Virus record (IMG/VR): IMGVR_UViG_3300025326_000025 | Direction: 5' to 3' (one strand) | Source: a virus | DNA length: 64,000 nucleotides | Part shown: positions 53,791-62,644 of the stretch, piece after piece | Layout of the letters: each line of letters starts with the position of its first letter | Numbering within the stretch: position 1 is the stretch's first letter | Made by a program: the position numbers and the translations under genes | The notes under the pieces: generated by a model | What the model was told of the DNA's origin: nothing | The model's input: only the letters and a program-made list of their open reading frames with translations | Database searches by the model: none

Positions 53791-54522
53791 CTACCCCTCG
53801 TTCTCGATCCTCGGAGCTAGGATGTACGTCCCGGAGATGGCTTGCGCGCCTTCCCCGAACGAGAAGTCCGCGTACACGGGGTAGTCCTGACCAACGCGAA
53901 TTGTGAGGCGCGTCCCGTCGGGGAGAGCGTTCGCGAAGGCCGATACGTAGTCGATGGGAAGAAGGGTGCGGACGGCGGTCTTCGTCTCGACGCCGTAGAC
54001 GTGATGCTCCACGGTGTCCGCGTCGCCCTCCGCCTCGAACACGACATCCGGCGGATTCGTCCGGATGGCGATGCAATCCGACACGAGACTGGACGCCTTG
54101 ATGGCGATCCGTATCTCGTCCGGGCTCACCTGGAACGTCTCGGGGAGCTTCACGTTCGGGACCTTCGGATCGGGGAAGGCCTTGTTGTCGATGACGCCCA
54201 TCTTCCGACGCGTGTTCCCCACCTTGGCTTGTATGCGCCCGTCCACGATTTCGGCCTCGAAGGAACCGTCCCCCTGCAATGACAGGACCTCGGACATCTT
54301 GTCGAGGTCCAAGCCAATCTCCTCCTTGTCAAGGGCCGAATACGTGTCGAAGGAGGCCCGCGGGATCGCCATGTCGATGAGACACACATGCGCCGGGTCC
54401 ACGACACGGATGCGCGCGCCGTCTGGGTCGAACGTGAACTTCGCCTCGTCGACCGCGCACGAGAGTATCTTCACGACGGACGCGAGGCGTTTCCGGTCAA
54501 TCTTGAACTTCATATCGATCAC
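53791..54522 (-). CDS. pcn: PCNA sliding clamp
   Basis: VDEAKF....G.....VDP.HV.LI, EIG.DL..., G..YP, YILAPRIE C-terminus. Confidence 0.96.
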   Translation of the reverse strand: MIDMKFKIDRKRLASVVKILSCAVDEAKFTFDPDGARIRVVDPAHVCLIDMAIPRASFDTYSALDKEEIGLDLDKMSEVLSLQGDGSFEAEIVDGRIQAKVGNTRRKMGVIDNKAFPDPKVPNVKLPETFQVSPDEIRIAIKASSLVSDCIAIRTNPPDVVFEAEGDADTVEHHVYGVETKTAVRTLLPIDYVSAFANALPDGTRLTIRVGQDYPVYADFSFGEGAQAISGTYILAPRIENEG

Positions 54523-54722
54523 TTCTCGAGGGTCGACTGTGGATTGACTACGGTCAGCGCCACGGTCCCGCCAGCCGTGAACCCCTGGAACGGCTCCCCG
54601 CCGACGATGCCGGCCTTGTAGCCGCTGCCTTCCATGACGAGACGATACTTCGTCTCCTGTCCTTCCGGCGTGTCCACAATCTCCTCGACGAGCTTCTTTA
54701 TCTCAAGGCTCGGAATCTTCAT
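54519..54722 (-). CDS. Hypothetical protein (67 aa)
   Basis: First gene after a TATA-GTTGCC promoter; GTGA overlap with PCNA. Confidence 0.7.
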   Translation of the reverse strand: MKIPSLEIKKLVEEIVDTPEGQETKYRLVMEGSGYKAGIVGGEPFQGFTAGGTVALTVVNPQSTLEK

Positions 54723-54741
54723 GGTTTACCTCGGAGTGCGT

Positions 54742-54755
54742 GGCAACTATTTAGA
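54742..54755 (-). promoter_or_regulatory. TATA-GTTGCC promoter
   Basis: TCTAAATAGTTGCC. Confidence 0.72.
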
Positions 54756-55418
54756 CGTATCGGGCTCGTCCCAGTCCACCCAGTCCATCTCCCGGACGGA
54801 AAGGAGCCAATCCTCTAGAAGATGCGGCTCTGGGGGGTCGTCCGGAAGACGCGACAGTTCGTGGGCGATCTTCATCTTCAAGATGAGCACGGATACCTCC
54901 TCCGGCGTCGTAACGGACGTCGCTTTGAACTCGATCCGTCCCTCCATCAAGAGCGTGATGCCCATCTGGACGGTTCGCGCGATGATGTTCAGGCGCTTGA
55001 CCGATGTGTCCTTACCGGTCGCGATGTACTTCTCGACGTTCTTCCGCGCGAGTCCTTGCAGACTTCCGTAGCACCGCTTCGAGAAGTTTCGTTCGGAGAT
55101 GCGGCGCAAGCTCGCGAGGAGATCGCGGCTGTCGTTGTCCGTCGTCAGGACGATTGGTGAGAACACGCCCCATAGATGATTCACGTTCCCGTCGAGGACC
55201 TGCTCGACGACGCGCCCAATCTCGTGCGTCTGGATGTCGTACTTCATCGTGTCGGACGAATCGACACGGTTCGCGAACCTCGGAATACCTCGCCCGAGAA
55301 GGAGGTGGCGTGTCGGAACTTGAACGGCCTCGTACACGTCGATGTCCGATCCCTCGTGATTCATCCCCCAAAGATGGGATCCAACCGATGTCTTCCACAG
55401 AACTTTCACGGCCATCAT
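54747..55418 (-). CDS. Pol-beta superfamily nucleotidyltransferase (RlaP/YcgL-like)
   Basis: VGSHLWG....GSDIDV (GS-x10-DxD), HE.G......L.GN.N....VFSP. Confidence 0.85.
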   Translation of the reverse strand: MMAVKVLWKTSVGSHLWGMNHEGSDIDVYEAVQVPTRHLLLGRGIPRFANRVDSSDTMKYDIQTHEIGRVVEQVLDGNVNHLWGVFSPIVLTTDNDSRDLLASLRRISERNFSKRCYGSLQGLARKNVEKYIATGKDTSVKRLNIIARTVQMGITLLMEGRIEFKATSVTTPEEVSVLILKMKIAHELSRLPDDPPEPHLLEDWLLSVREMDWVDWDEPDTSK

Positions 55419-56290
55419 GTTATCTTCCTCGGAAACTCATGGTGTACTTTCCCGTCAAGCATGCCGCATCCCCACGTGGAGCGGCACTCCGGATGTCCAC
55501 ACGTTCCGTGCCGATTCCCGCCCGTCTGTTTGAAGAAGAACGGCACGCCCGCGACGGCGCATTGGTGACGGATGGAACGGAACCACGCTGGGTCGGTCGG
55601 GCGAGGATGCGGGTCGGATTCGCCGCCCGCGATGATCCACTCGATGTCGCGGAGAAGACTGCCTAGATACACGGCGTCGGCGTTCACTCGCACTCCGGTC
55701 GCGAACTCTACCATCCAGTCTCCAAGTCTCCTGCTGAAATCAATCGGCCCCAACAGCGGCTCGCACGACAGGAAGTGCACGACCGCCGGTACGGCGACGA
55801 GTTGTGGAATGCGTATCTCCGCATACTTCTGATTCTCGACGCTCGTGCCGAGCCAGACGTTCGGCCACGGCCATCCCCGAAGCGCATGCGGTTCTGCGCC
55901 AATCGGCTGCGCCCACTCATGCACACCACAAGTAAAGCACGTCTGCGGCAGATGCTCCGCAATCCACTCCGGCCTCTTCGTCAGGATGAGGAACGTATGC
56001 TGAGGACAGGACCGGATGACCTCCCACCATTCGTCCCTCCATTGGTCACACGTCGGATGGAAGAAATCCCCCATGCTCAGGGTGAAGATCCGCTTCGGTT
56101 CCTTCCAGAGGCGCGGGTCCTGCTTCGGCTTCCCGCGCCATTTCGTCTCCCGTACGACCGTGAAGGGAAGGCCCCATCGCTCCATCAGGCGTTCCGCGTA
56201 ACAGTTCGTGCAGCCGCGACTCACCTTGTTGCACCCCCACGCGGGGTTCCACGTACCGTCGGACCATTCGATCGCGGTGTGTTCACCCAT
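55415..56290 (-). CDS. DUF5131 (phage Gp37/Gp68) protein
   Basis: T.IEW.D.TWNP..GC.KVS.GC.NCYAE, SMGD.FH, LTKRP, NVWLGTSVE, SCEPLLG, W.I.GGES, VPFFFKQ. Confidence 0.93.
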   Translation of the reverse strand: MGEHTAIEWSDGTWNPAWGCNKVSRGCTNCYAERLMERWGLPFTVVRETKWRGKPKQDPRLWKEPKRIFTLSMGDFFHPTCDQWRDEWWEVIRSCPQHTFLILTKRPEWIAEHLPQTCFTCGVHEWAQPIGAEPHALRGWPWPNVWLGTSVENQKYAEIRIPQLVAVPAVVHFLSCEPLLGPIDFSRRLGDWMVEFATGVRVNADAVYLGSLLRDIEWIIAGGESDPHPRPTDPAWFRSIRHQCAVAGVPFFFKQTGGNRHGTCGHPECRSTWGCGMLDGKVHHEFPRKIT

Positions 56291-56301
56291 CGCCTCACCC
56301 G

Positions 56302-56574
56302 CTATCGCGGCACTCCGAGGTCCTTCGCGAACCAGATGGCGGTCCGGTTCTCCCAAGCTATCTGCTCGGCCTGTACGATGAACTGAGGCTTGTCGTGCGT
56401 CTCCATCGCGTCCCGGATGGCGTGGCGGAGGATGCTCACGACGATCAGCATCTCGAACCCCGTCCATCCCTGCTTCGCGCACGCGTTCGCGAACTCCGAG
56501 ACGGCCGCAATCAGCGGCGTGGCGTTACGTTGGTCGCCGACTCTCTCCGGGGCCCGTGGGACCTTGATCTTCAT
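56302..56574 (-). CDS. Hypothetical protein (90 aa)
   Basis: Helical ORF packed between neighbours. Confidence 0.6.
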   Translation of the reverse strand: MKIKVPRAPERVGDQRNATPLIAAVSEFANACAKQGWTGFEMLIVVSILRHAIRDAMETHDKPQFIVQAEQIAWENRTAIWFAKDLGVPR

Positions 56575-57624
56575 TCAATCTTCCTCCCGTTCGCGGGCCT
56601 CTCCGCATGAAAGACCGCGATGGCGATGCCAAGATGCTCCCGGAGTCAATACCTCCGTTCTCCGAATCCATTCTTCACGGACTAACGGACCCCATCCATC
56701 CATCTCAGCGTTGTACCGAATCCGGACATGTTCGATAAGTTCCGCGACGCGGGCCTCGGCTTCGAGACGCCCTCCGTGGTCGTACCCCCAAGCCTCAGCC
56801 ATCTTGTGTAACTCGGCCTCGGCGCGTTCGGCGCGGGCTTTCCATGTTTCACGCTCTTTTCTTACCCGTTCCGTTACCGCCAATTGTGTGTTAGACCCCG
56901 CTTCGAGGGCGCGGATGCGCTCTTGTCCAACCTCTTCCCACGAATGCCATATGTCACGGACTCCGTCGAAATGCATGTGCGGGCCTTCATGACCGATTTC
57001 GCTCCTTCCACAGAGAGCGCCGCATTTCGGGCAGGCGGCGGGGTTCGCGGTCTCATGTTCAAGGTCCGGCAAGGCTCCGAAACCGGATTGAAGGATGAAT
57101 CTCCGTGCCCACGCAAGATCAGATTCCAGTTCCGCGGCAAGGGCCTCGGCGCGTTCGGCGCGGGTTATGTATTCTAATTCCCACTTCTTGATATTCTCGC
57201 GGACCGATTCTCTAAGCGGAGCGGATTCGCGATATCGCGCGAGTTCCGTTTCGAGGGCGCGGATACGCTCACCATGGGCGTAGACCTGTGTCCGCTTGGG
57301 GAAGTAGCCGCGGTGATGGACGAGGCCGCAGAAAGGGCAGGCGGCGGGATACGCGGCGGCGGGAGTCAAACCCACTCCGGGTGCGGACCCGGGCCTACCC
57401 GTCGGCTCGCCGGGCCTATCGCCGCTATCGCGCCCGCCGCCAGCCCTTCGTGGAACGAAGTCCATTGGAACCACCTTCTTGCAGTCGTGGCAATATGCCT
57501 CGCCGCTCTCGTCGTAGCCCCAATCCAGATGTGGACACTCGCGCCAGCCGCCCTTCTCACGGACAATCTTGCGTCCGATGATTGCCTTGAGACGCCCGAT
57601 GCCGAGTTTCTTCTCGATCGTCAT
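56575..57624 (-). CDS. Mosaic Zn-finger/coiled-coil protein (349 aa)
   Basis: Three CxxC/H modules alternating with two RIRALE...RAERAEA units; start reassigned to 57624. Confidence 0.65.
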   Translation of the reverse strand: MTIEKKLGIGRLKAIIGRKIVREKGGWRECPHLDWGYDESGEAYCHDCKKVVPMDFVPRRAGGGRDSGDRPGEPTGRPGSAPGVGLTPAAAYPAACPFCGLVHHRGYFPKRTQVYAHGERIRALETELARYRESAPLRESVRENIKKWELEYITRAERAEALAAELESDLAWARRFILQSGFGALPDLEHETANPAACPKCGALCGRSEIGHEGPHMHFDGVRDIWHSWEEVGQERIRALEAGSNTQLAVTERVRKERETWKARAERAEAELHKMAEAWGYDHGGRLEAEARVAELIEHVRIRYNAEMDGWGPLVREEWIRRTEVLTPGASWHRHRGLSCGEAREREED

Positions 57625-57800
57625 CGTGACAACACCATGCACTTGAAGTGCGTGTATTTCGATGTGATGAGCCCACCGGGCAACAACCGCTTCTCCCGAA
57701 GCATGAGTACGGCCTCGCCCCAGTCCTCGCACACGGAACACCGCGCTATGCCGCCATACGGGACGATGCTGTTGTCCAACCGGAGTGCGTCGAGCGTCAA
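57621..57800 (-). CDS. Small Zn-finger protein (59 aa, TTG start)
   Basis: GGAGG RBS, TTGA overlap; CSVC...HFKC. Confidence 0.5.
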   Translation of the reverse strand: MTLDALRLDNSIVPYGGIARCSVCEDWGEAVLMLREKRLLPGGLITSKYTHFKCMVLSR

Positions 57801-58267
57801 CCTTTCCTCCCGTCTGATCGTGCCCTCCAGACGCGTCGGATCCACGCCTCCTCGTCGAACTCGGAGTGAAACCCGGGAGGTAGGAGTTTCGCGAAGAGTT
57901 CGAGATAGTGCGAGAGGCCCTCCTCCGTCGGTATTCCCGGGATGTCGTCCACGACGGATTGCATCTCTCGGACGCAATCGGAGCAGAACCACGCGTCGGG
58001 ATTCGTTCGTCCGCACTTCGGGCATCCCTCATTATGGAGATGCGGTCGTGGAGTACCGGCGCGGATCGCCCATCGTTCTTCGCGGGCGAGCGTGTCCTCA
58101 TGCCGATGGAGCAGACGACGGAAGTTGTCTTCAAGCTCTCGGATAGCTTGCTCCCCGAGACGGGAGAGTTCGACCCACTCGTCGTACGTCGGGGGTTCAT
58201 CCCGTTGACGCATGCCAACCGCACGAATGAAATAGAGATCCGCAGGATTCGATGCTCCGCCACTCAC
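57797..58267 (-). CDS. Zn-ribbon hypothetical protein (156 aa)
   Basis: GTGA overlap; CPKC...CSDC. Confidence 0.55.
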   Translation of the reverse strand: MSGGASNPADLYFIRAVGMRQRDEPPTYDEWVELSRLGEQAIRELEDNFRRLLHRHEDTLAREERWAIRAGTPRPHLHNEGCPKCGRTNPDAWFCSDCVREMQSVVDDIPGIPTEEGLSHYLELFAKLLPPGFHSEFDEEAWIRRVWRARSDGRKG

Positions 58268-58698
58268 TTGACCACGACCGTCATCCCGCGCTTCTGGCAC
58301 TCGGCCACGAACGCCGCGACATCGTCGTTCGGGAGGCGGATGTGCCACCGATCCGTGCCGACCTCCCAGCGATGATTCTCCTGGGACTTCAGGAAGTCCC
58401 TGTGGTCCCTCGTCGGGCCGGAGACGACGCAAGAGGTGATGAGCGGGGTGGATGATTTCGGCGTCGCCTTGCTCGGACCCGATGTCTGCGGCGTCGGCCC
58501 GGACGCGGCCTTCGCCGGCGGGTTCTTGACGTAGTCCTCCCGGAAGTAGACGTACGGCTTGATGATGTGCTGCGCGATGGCGGGCCAGAACGGCGATTCG
58601 ATTGGCTTGTCGAAGGTTTCGGCGACCCACGCAATCTTCTTTCGAACCTCGTCGCGCCACGCGGCGAGGATCTCCATCTCGAGTGCTCGGTCGGTCAT
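58264..58698 (-). CDS. Hypothetical protein with Pro/Ser linker (144 aa)
   Basis: Two globular parts joined by a low-complexity linker; ATGA overlap. Confidence 0.65.
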   Translation of the reverse strand: MTDRALEMEILAAWRDEVRKKIAWVAETFDKPIESPFWPAIAQHIIKPYVYFREDYVKNPPAKAASGPTPQTSGPSKATPKSSTPLITSCVVSGPTRDHRDFLKSQENHRWEVGTDRWHIRLPNDDVAAFVAECQKRGMTVVVK

Positions 58699-58919
58699 TT
58701 CTTACCCACTCCCAGATGCTTCTCGAGGATCCGGATGATGAACGCACTCCGCGATATCTCGGCCGCTGCTGCCGCCAGGTCGATCATGTCCTTGAGTTCT
58801 GGCGGGACGCGGAGGCTGAGCATCGGGGACGAGTGCGGATAATCCCGGTTCTTTTTCTTCCGGTTGCGTCGCAACCCTTTCGGCGTCTCGAACGGCAACG
58901 ATATCGCGCCTTCGGGCAT
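58695..58919 (-). CDS. Ribbon-helix-helix (Arc/CopG-like) DNA-binding protein (74 aa)
   Basis: MLSLRVPPELKDMIDLAA...EISRSAFIIRILEKHL. Confidence 0.8.
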   Translation of the reverse strand: MPEGAISLPFETPKGLRRNRKKKNRDYPHSSPMLSLRVPPELKDMIDLAAAAAEISRSAFIIRILEKHLGVGKK

Positions 58920-58937
58920 GAGTCTGGTAATACGAAC

Positions 58938-58952
58938 GCGGCTACTTAAAGG
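58938..58952 (-). promoter_or_regulatory. TATA promoter of the RHH gene (variant downstream element)
   Basis: CCTTTAAGTAGCCGC, 24 nt before ATG 58919. Confidence 0.6.
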
Positions 58953-58959
58953 CGTCGGG

Positions 58960-59160
58960 TCATACCCGGCGGTCACCGCCCTGACCTTTTTGCGCCTTGT
59001 ATTGGGACTGCTCGAGGTCGAGCTGTAAGTCCTCCGATGGCTTCACGTCGAACACCGCGCCCGCATCGAAGGAGAGCTTCGTCTCTCCCTTCTTCTTGCG
59101 CTTCTTCTGTTCCACCTGTTTCACGAACATCAGATTGCCGCCTTCGGCTTTGCGAGCCAT
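58960..59160 (-). CDS. Basic hypothetical protein (66 aa)
   Basis: K-rich; GETKLSF..pattern resembles small AbrB-like proteins (weak). Confidence 0.5.
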   Translation of the reverse strand: MARKAEGGNLMFVKQVEQKKRKKKGETKLSFDAGAVFDVKPSEDLQLDLEQSQYKAQKGQGGDRRV

Positions 59161-59399
59161 GGTACGCGGATCTGCCCGACGAGGTCCCGCCACTCCGCCG
59201 GCATCGGCTTCCCGGCGTCATCGCGCCGGAACCAGTCGACGACCTCGTCGACGCGCACATCACGACCCGAGAACCGTATGAGCATGCCGTTGCGCACATT
59301 GACCGCGGCGTTCGCGGCAATCTCGTTCTCGAATATGGCCGCGTACGGCGTCTGAGACATCCACCAGAGAACGAGGTAGTACGTCTTGCGCGCGGTCAT
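59130..59399 (-). CDS. Hypothetical protein (89 aa)
   Basis: ATGA overlap with the upstream gene. Confidence 0.55.
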   Translation of the reverse strand: MTARKTYYLVLWWMSQTPYAAIFENEIAANAAVNVRNGMLIRFSGRDVRVDEVVDWFRRDDAGKPMPAEWRDLVGQIRVPWLAKPKAAI

Positions 59400-59989
59400 A
59401 GGACCACGGCGGTGATCGTGAGGCTGTACTCCGCGTTGTTCACGGAGAACCTCGCGAGGATATACAGTCCGAACCACCGAAGGGCGAGCGGGTCGATCAT
59501 GAAATCTTGGGATACCGCGGTCCACGAGGACCCGGCGTGAGTCCACACGAGCGGATAGGATCCGAGGACGAGCATCGGGTATCCGTCTTGGACGATGATC
59601 CGGCCGCCGCCGGACACGAAGATGAGACCGCCGGGACCCACGATGATTCCGCCGTACGTGAGCGTCTGTCCTGCGGTCACGCGCACCTGGTCCCCGAGAT
59701 AGCCCGTGACGTTCTGGAGGAAGTCCGAACCGATCGCCGTGAGGTTGAACTCGAGGTGGTACGTGAGGATGCGGTCCCCGACATTGCTGCCTACGCGGAA
59801 GTCGAACCGCGTCTCCGTGCCGTTGATGAGCAGGAGGGACTCGTCGCCGGGTTCGAACGCGAGGGAAAGCGGCGCCTGCACGGCGGGTCCGCGCGCCTGG
59901 ATGAAGATGTACCAGATTCCCACGGCCGCCGCGGAGAGCAAGACGACCGCCAAGACGACGGCCAAGAGCTGATGCCGGTCGAGCCTCAT
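59396..59989 (-). CDS. Membrane-anchored extracellular protein (197 aa)
   Basis: N-terminal TM helix followed by a beta-rich domain. Confidence 0.7.
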   Translation of the reverse strand: MRLDRHQLLAVVLAVVLLSAAAVGIWYIFIQARGPAVQAPLSLAFEPGDESLLLINGTETRFDFRVGSNVGDRILTYHLEFNLTAIGSDFLQNVTGYLGDQVRVTAGQTLTYGGIIVGPGGLIFVSGGGRIIVQDGYPMLVLGSYPLVWTHAGSSWTAVSQDFMIDPLALRWFGLYILARFSVNNAEYSLTITAVVL

Positions 59990-59999
59990 GTCTATCTCC

Positions 60000-61478
60000 C
60001 TATGTGGTTCGTGTTTCGCTCGATGATTCCAGGGGGAACCATCCTCGGATCCTGGCGCGAGCGATTTCGACGTACTCCGATTCCTTCTCGACCCCGACCG
60101 CAGAGAATCCTTCGAGCTGCGCGGCGATGAGGGTCGTGCCGCTTCCCGCGAACGGGTCGATGATCGTGCCGGCGGGCGGCGTGACGAGGCGCACGAGGTA
60201 GCGCATGAGGTCCATCGGTTTTACCGTCGGATGGGTGTTGCGGTATGCTGGGCGATCGAACGACGAAGGCTCGAACTCCGGTTCCGGACAGACACACGGA
60301 TTCCCGCTGACCTTCCACCGGCCGCACTTCTTGCACTTGAGTCCTGGCTGGCCGCGTCCCGCCATCGGCGTCGTACGTTCGCGGATGGGGAGAGATTCGA
60401 GTCCTCTCTCACGTTCGTCGCGGTCTGCTTTCGCGCAGTAGAAGAATCGTGAGGCGCCGCCGGAATCGCCGTAGGAAAGCATCGGCGTTCCCACCGCGCG
60501 GCTCTCCTTGCCATACGCATTGCCCTTGTATCCCATCGCGGAATTTCTCTTGAACGCTCCCTCTCCAGACTTCAACTCGCCCGTCTGTGCATCGAGTTGC
60601 CGCGCGGCCTCCTCATCTAGAAGCACGTTCGCGGGCCAACGTCCGAGCGTGTTCTGAACCAGGTTCGGCTTCTGCGTCGAGTCCCATCCGCCATCGTAGA
60701 TGCGGGCCGCCGTAGTACCCCCCCAGTTCCCATCGCCCGCGAGCCCCGAAATCCGCGTCGCGTCGATGTTCAGTCCACCTACACCCCACTTAAGGACGTT
60801 CTCCGCGACGGTCCCGTCGAGCGGCTTGCGGGCGAGAATAATCGGTTCGTACGCGGGTTTGAGGGCCGTGCCCCAGCCGGACCATGCCGCGGATTCGTCC
60901 GTCGCGGGGCCTGTGATATCAGAGAAGTCTGCACTCGGTAGGTTCGCCGCTGCGTGAAATCTGCCTCCTCGAAAGTCGACCCTTGGATTCGCACCACGCC
61001 CTGTCAGTTTCCCGACGATTGGGCGCTCCGCACCGAGATGTCTGTCGATCGCCTTCGACACATCGAGGGACTTTGGGAATCCACTCCCATAGAGCCAAAC
61101 GACGGTGTCGCGAATCTCAAACCCCGCGTCCTCGAGGGCGCATACGAGTCGGTGGGATGTCCGCGTGCCGCCGAACGCGAGAAGGTGCGCACCTGGCTTG
61201 AGAACTCGGAGGATCTCGTCGGCCCATCGTTGATGCCATGCTTGCATCTCGGGTAAATATCGTCGGACTCTCTCGAAGGATGGTTTGTTTCCATCCGCGA
61301 ACCCTCCGATGTTACCGGGTCTCGGGATTGGACTTGCCTTCGTGATTCCTAAACGGTCCCACTCCTTCCCCATGAACTCCAACCCATACGGCGGATCCGT
61401 CACGCACGCGTCGAAGTGGTTGTCTGGAAACGACTTGAGAAGATCGAGGCAGTCCCCCAGTCGGATGTCAATGGTCAT
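60000..61478 (-). CDS. DNA adenine/cytosine-N4 methyltransferase (beta class)
   Basis: GDCL..L, TDPPY, RVLKPG, W.YGSGFPK, HPTVKP..L..YL, DPFAGSGTT. Confidence 0.95.
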   Translation of the reverse strand: MTIDIRLGDCLDLLKSFPDNHFDACVTDPPYGLEFMGKEWDRLGITKASPIPRPGNIGGFADGNKPSFERVRRYLPEMQAWHQRWADEILRVLKPGAHLLAFGGTRTSHRLVCALEDAGFEIRDTVVWLYGSGFPKSLDVSKAIDRHLGAERPIVGKLTGRGANPRVDFRGGRFHAAANLPSADFSDITGPATDESAAWSGWGTALKPAYEPIILARKPLDGTVAENVLKWGVGGLNIDATRISGLAGDGNWGGTTAARIYDGGWDSTQKPNLVQNTLGRWPANVLLDEEAARQLDAQTGELKSGEGAFKRNSAMGYKGNAYGKESRAVGTPMLSYGDSGGASRFFYCAKADRDERERGLESLPIRERTTPMAGRGQPGLKCKKCGRWKVSGNPCVCPEPEFEPSSFDRPAYRNTHPTVKPMDLMRYLVRLVTPPAGTIIDPFAGSGTTLIAAQLEGFSAVGVEKESEYVEIARARIRGWFPLESSSETRTT

Positions 61479-61795
61479 CCGGACGCCGTATCCGATAGTA
61501 TGTTATCGTCCGTCCGTGTCGGGAGGAAGTTCGGGTGAACATGCGGCATCGGCTGACCGCAGCCGCGAACCGGGCATCCGCGCGGCTTGATCTTCGCGGC
61601 GCTTCGCTGGAGGACCACCTGGTCTGGATACAGAACGACCTCCCACGGCGTCGGGAACTTAGCCGACTTTCCGTGTACGCCGCGCGCTCGGATGACGGCG
61701 ACGTCCCCGTCATGGGGCACGATTTCCTCAACGCGGAACACGACAATGATCTCGTCGCCGATATCGAGTTGCTTCCCGTTCCGGTCCTTCGCCAT
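61475..61795 (-). CDS. KOW/SH3-like small protein with C-terminal Zn finger, paralog A
   Basis: DRNGKQLDIGDEIIVVFRV; CPVRGC...H.H. Confidence 0.7.
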   Translation of the reverse strand: MAKDRNGKQLDIGDEIIVVFRVEEIVPHDGDVAVIRARGVHGKSAKFPTPWEVVLYPDQVVLQRSAAKIKPRGCPVRGCGQPMPHVHPNFLPTRTDDNILSDTASG

Positions 61796-61811
61796 GTTTC
61801 CCGCGTAGTGC

Positions 61812-61836
61812 TCGGCAACTATTTAGAAGTTGCCGA
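61812..61836 (-). promoter_or_regulatory. Perfect palindromic TATA-GTTGCC promoter/operator
   Basis: TCGGCAAC-TTCTAAATA-GTTGCCGA, 25 nt before ATG 61795. Confidence 0.8.
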
Positions 61837-62644
61837 CACGCGGCGTCTTGATTTCCTCGTGGTTCGGGCAGTCCTTCGGGTGCCACGACCGCTCAGCAAT
61901 CGCCATGTCGATGAGCCACCACTTGCCGTTCATATCCTCGGCGAAGTCGACGCTCCACTTCGGGTGGTCGGGACAGGCACGACCCGCTAGGAGTGCCATA
62001 TTCCATGCGTTCCACGCGGGAAGATGGGTATCCGATAGCGTCTCTATCTTCCGAAGTCCGTCGAGCCGTTCTCGCCAGTCCTCCGGAGGATTGTCGGCCG
62101 GTTCGAAGCGCACCGCGTCCTCCGGCCAGTAGAAGTGTGAACACCAGAGCCGTTCGCCTTCTACGAAGAATCGGAACTCTCGCGCGATGCGCGTACCGCC
62201 GAAGGCTGTGAAGGCGCTGTTCAGATGGAGCCACTCTCGGACAAGGATTGCTGCCGGGAAGCGTTCCCCAACGAGGTCATGCTCCATCTCGTGATTGATC
62301 GTGCGCGCGACTACGCGCGCGACCTCTTCTTCCGTGTCGGCACGGTAGGATTCCGGTCCTTCGTGCTTCGCGCTCCCCTTGTCCGTGCGGATGAACACGG
62401 GAAAGCCGAAGGACCGCGCGGCTCCGAGGATTATCTGATGCTGCGCCGACGCCGATTTGATGGCTTCCTTCTTGTCGCCCGTATCGTCCTCCCATGCGCC
62501 GAGCGAGAGCCATACGAGATCCGGATCAATCTCTATGGTCTCCGTCCTTGGTACGGGTAGCCCGGCGTCCGTGATGCGGGGGAGCCAGTACAACGCGCTG
62601 TTGTATTTCTCCGTATTCGGGTCCATCCCGAGGTCGAGCGTCAT
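61823..62644 (-). CDS. ATP-grasp protein (R2K-like clade, 273 aa)
   Basis: FPVFIRT...SAKH, VREWL, REFR.FV, WSVDF....G.WWLIDM; start reassigned to 62644. Confidence 0.8.
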   Translation of the reverse strand: MTLDLGMDPNTEKYNSALYWLPRITDAGLPVPRTETIEIDPDLVWLSLGAWEDDTGDKKEAIKSASAQHQIILGAARSFGFPVFIRTDKGSAKHEGPESYRADTEEEVARVVARTINHEMEHDLVGERFPAAILVREWLHLNSAFTAFGGTRIAREFRFFVEGERLWCSHFYWPEDAVRFEPADNPPEDWRERLDGLRKIETLSDTHLPAWNAWNMALLAGRACPDHPKWSVDFAEDMNGKWWLIDMAIAERSWHPKDCPNHEEIKTPRVGNF

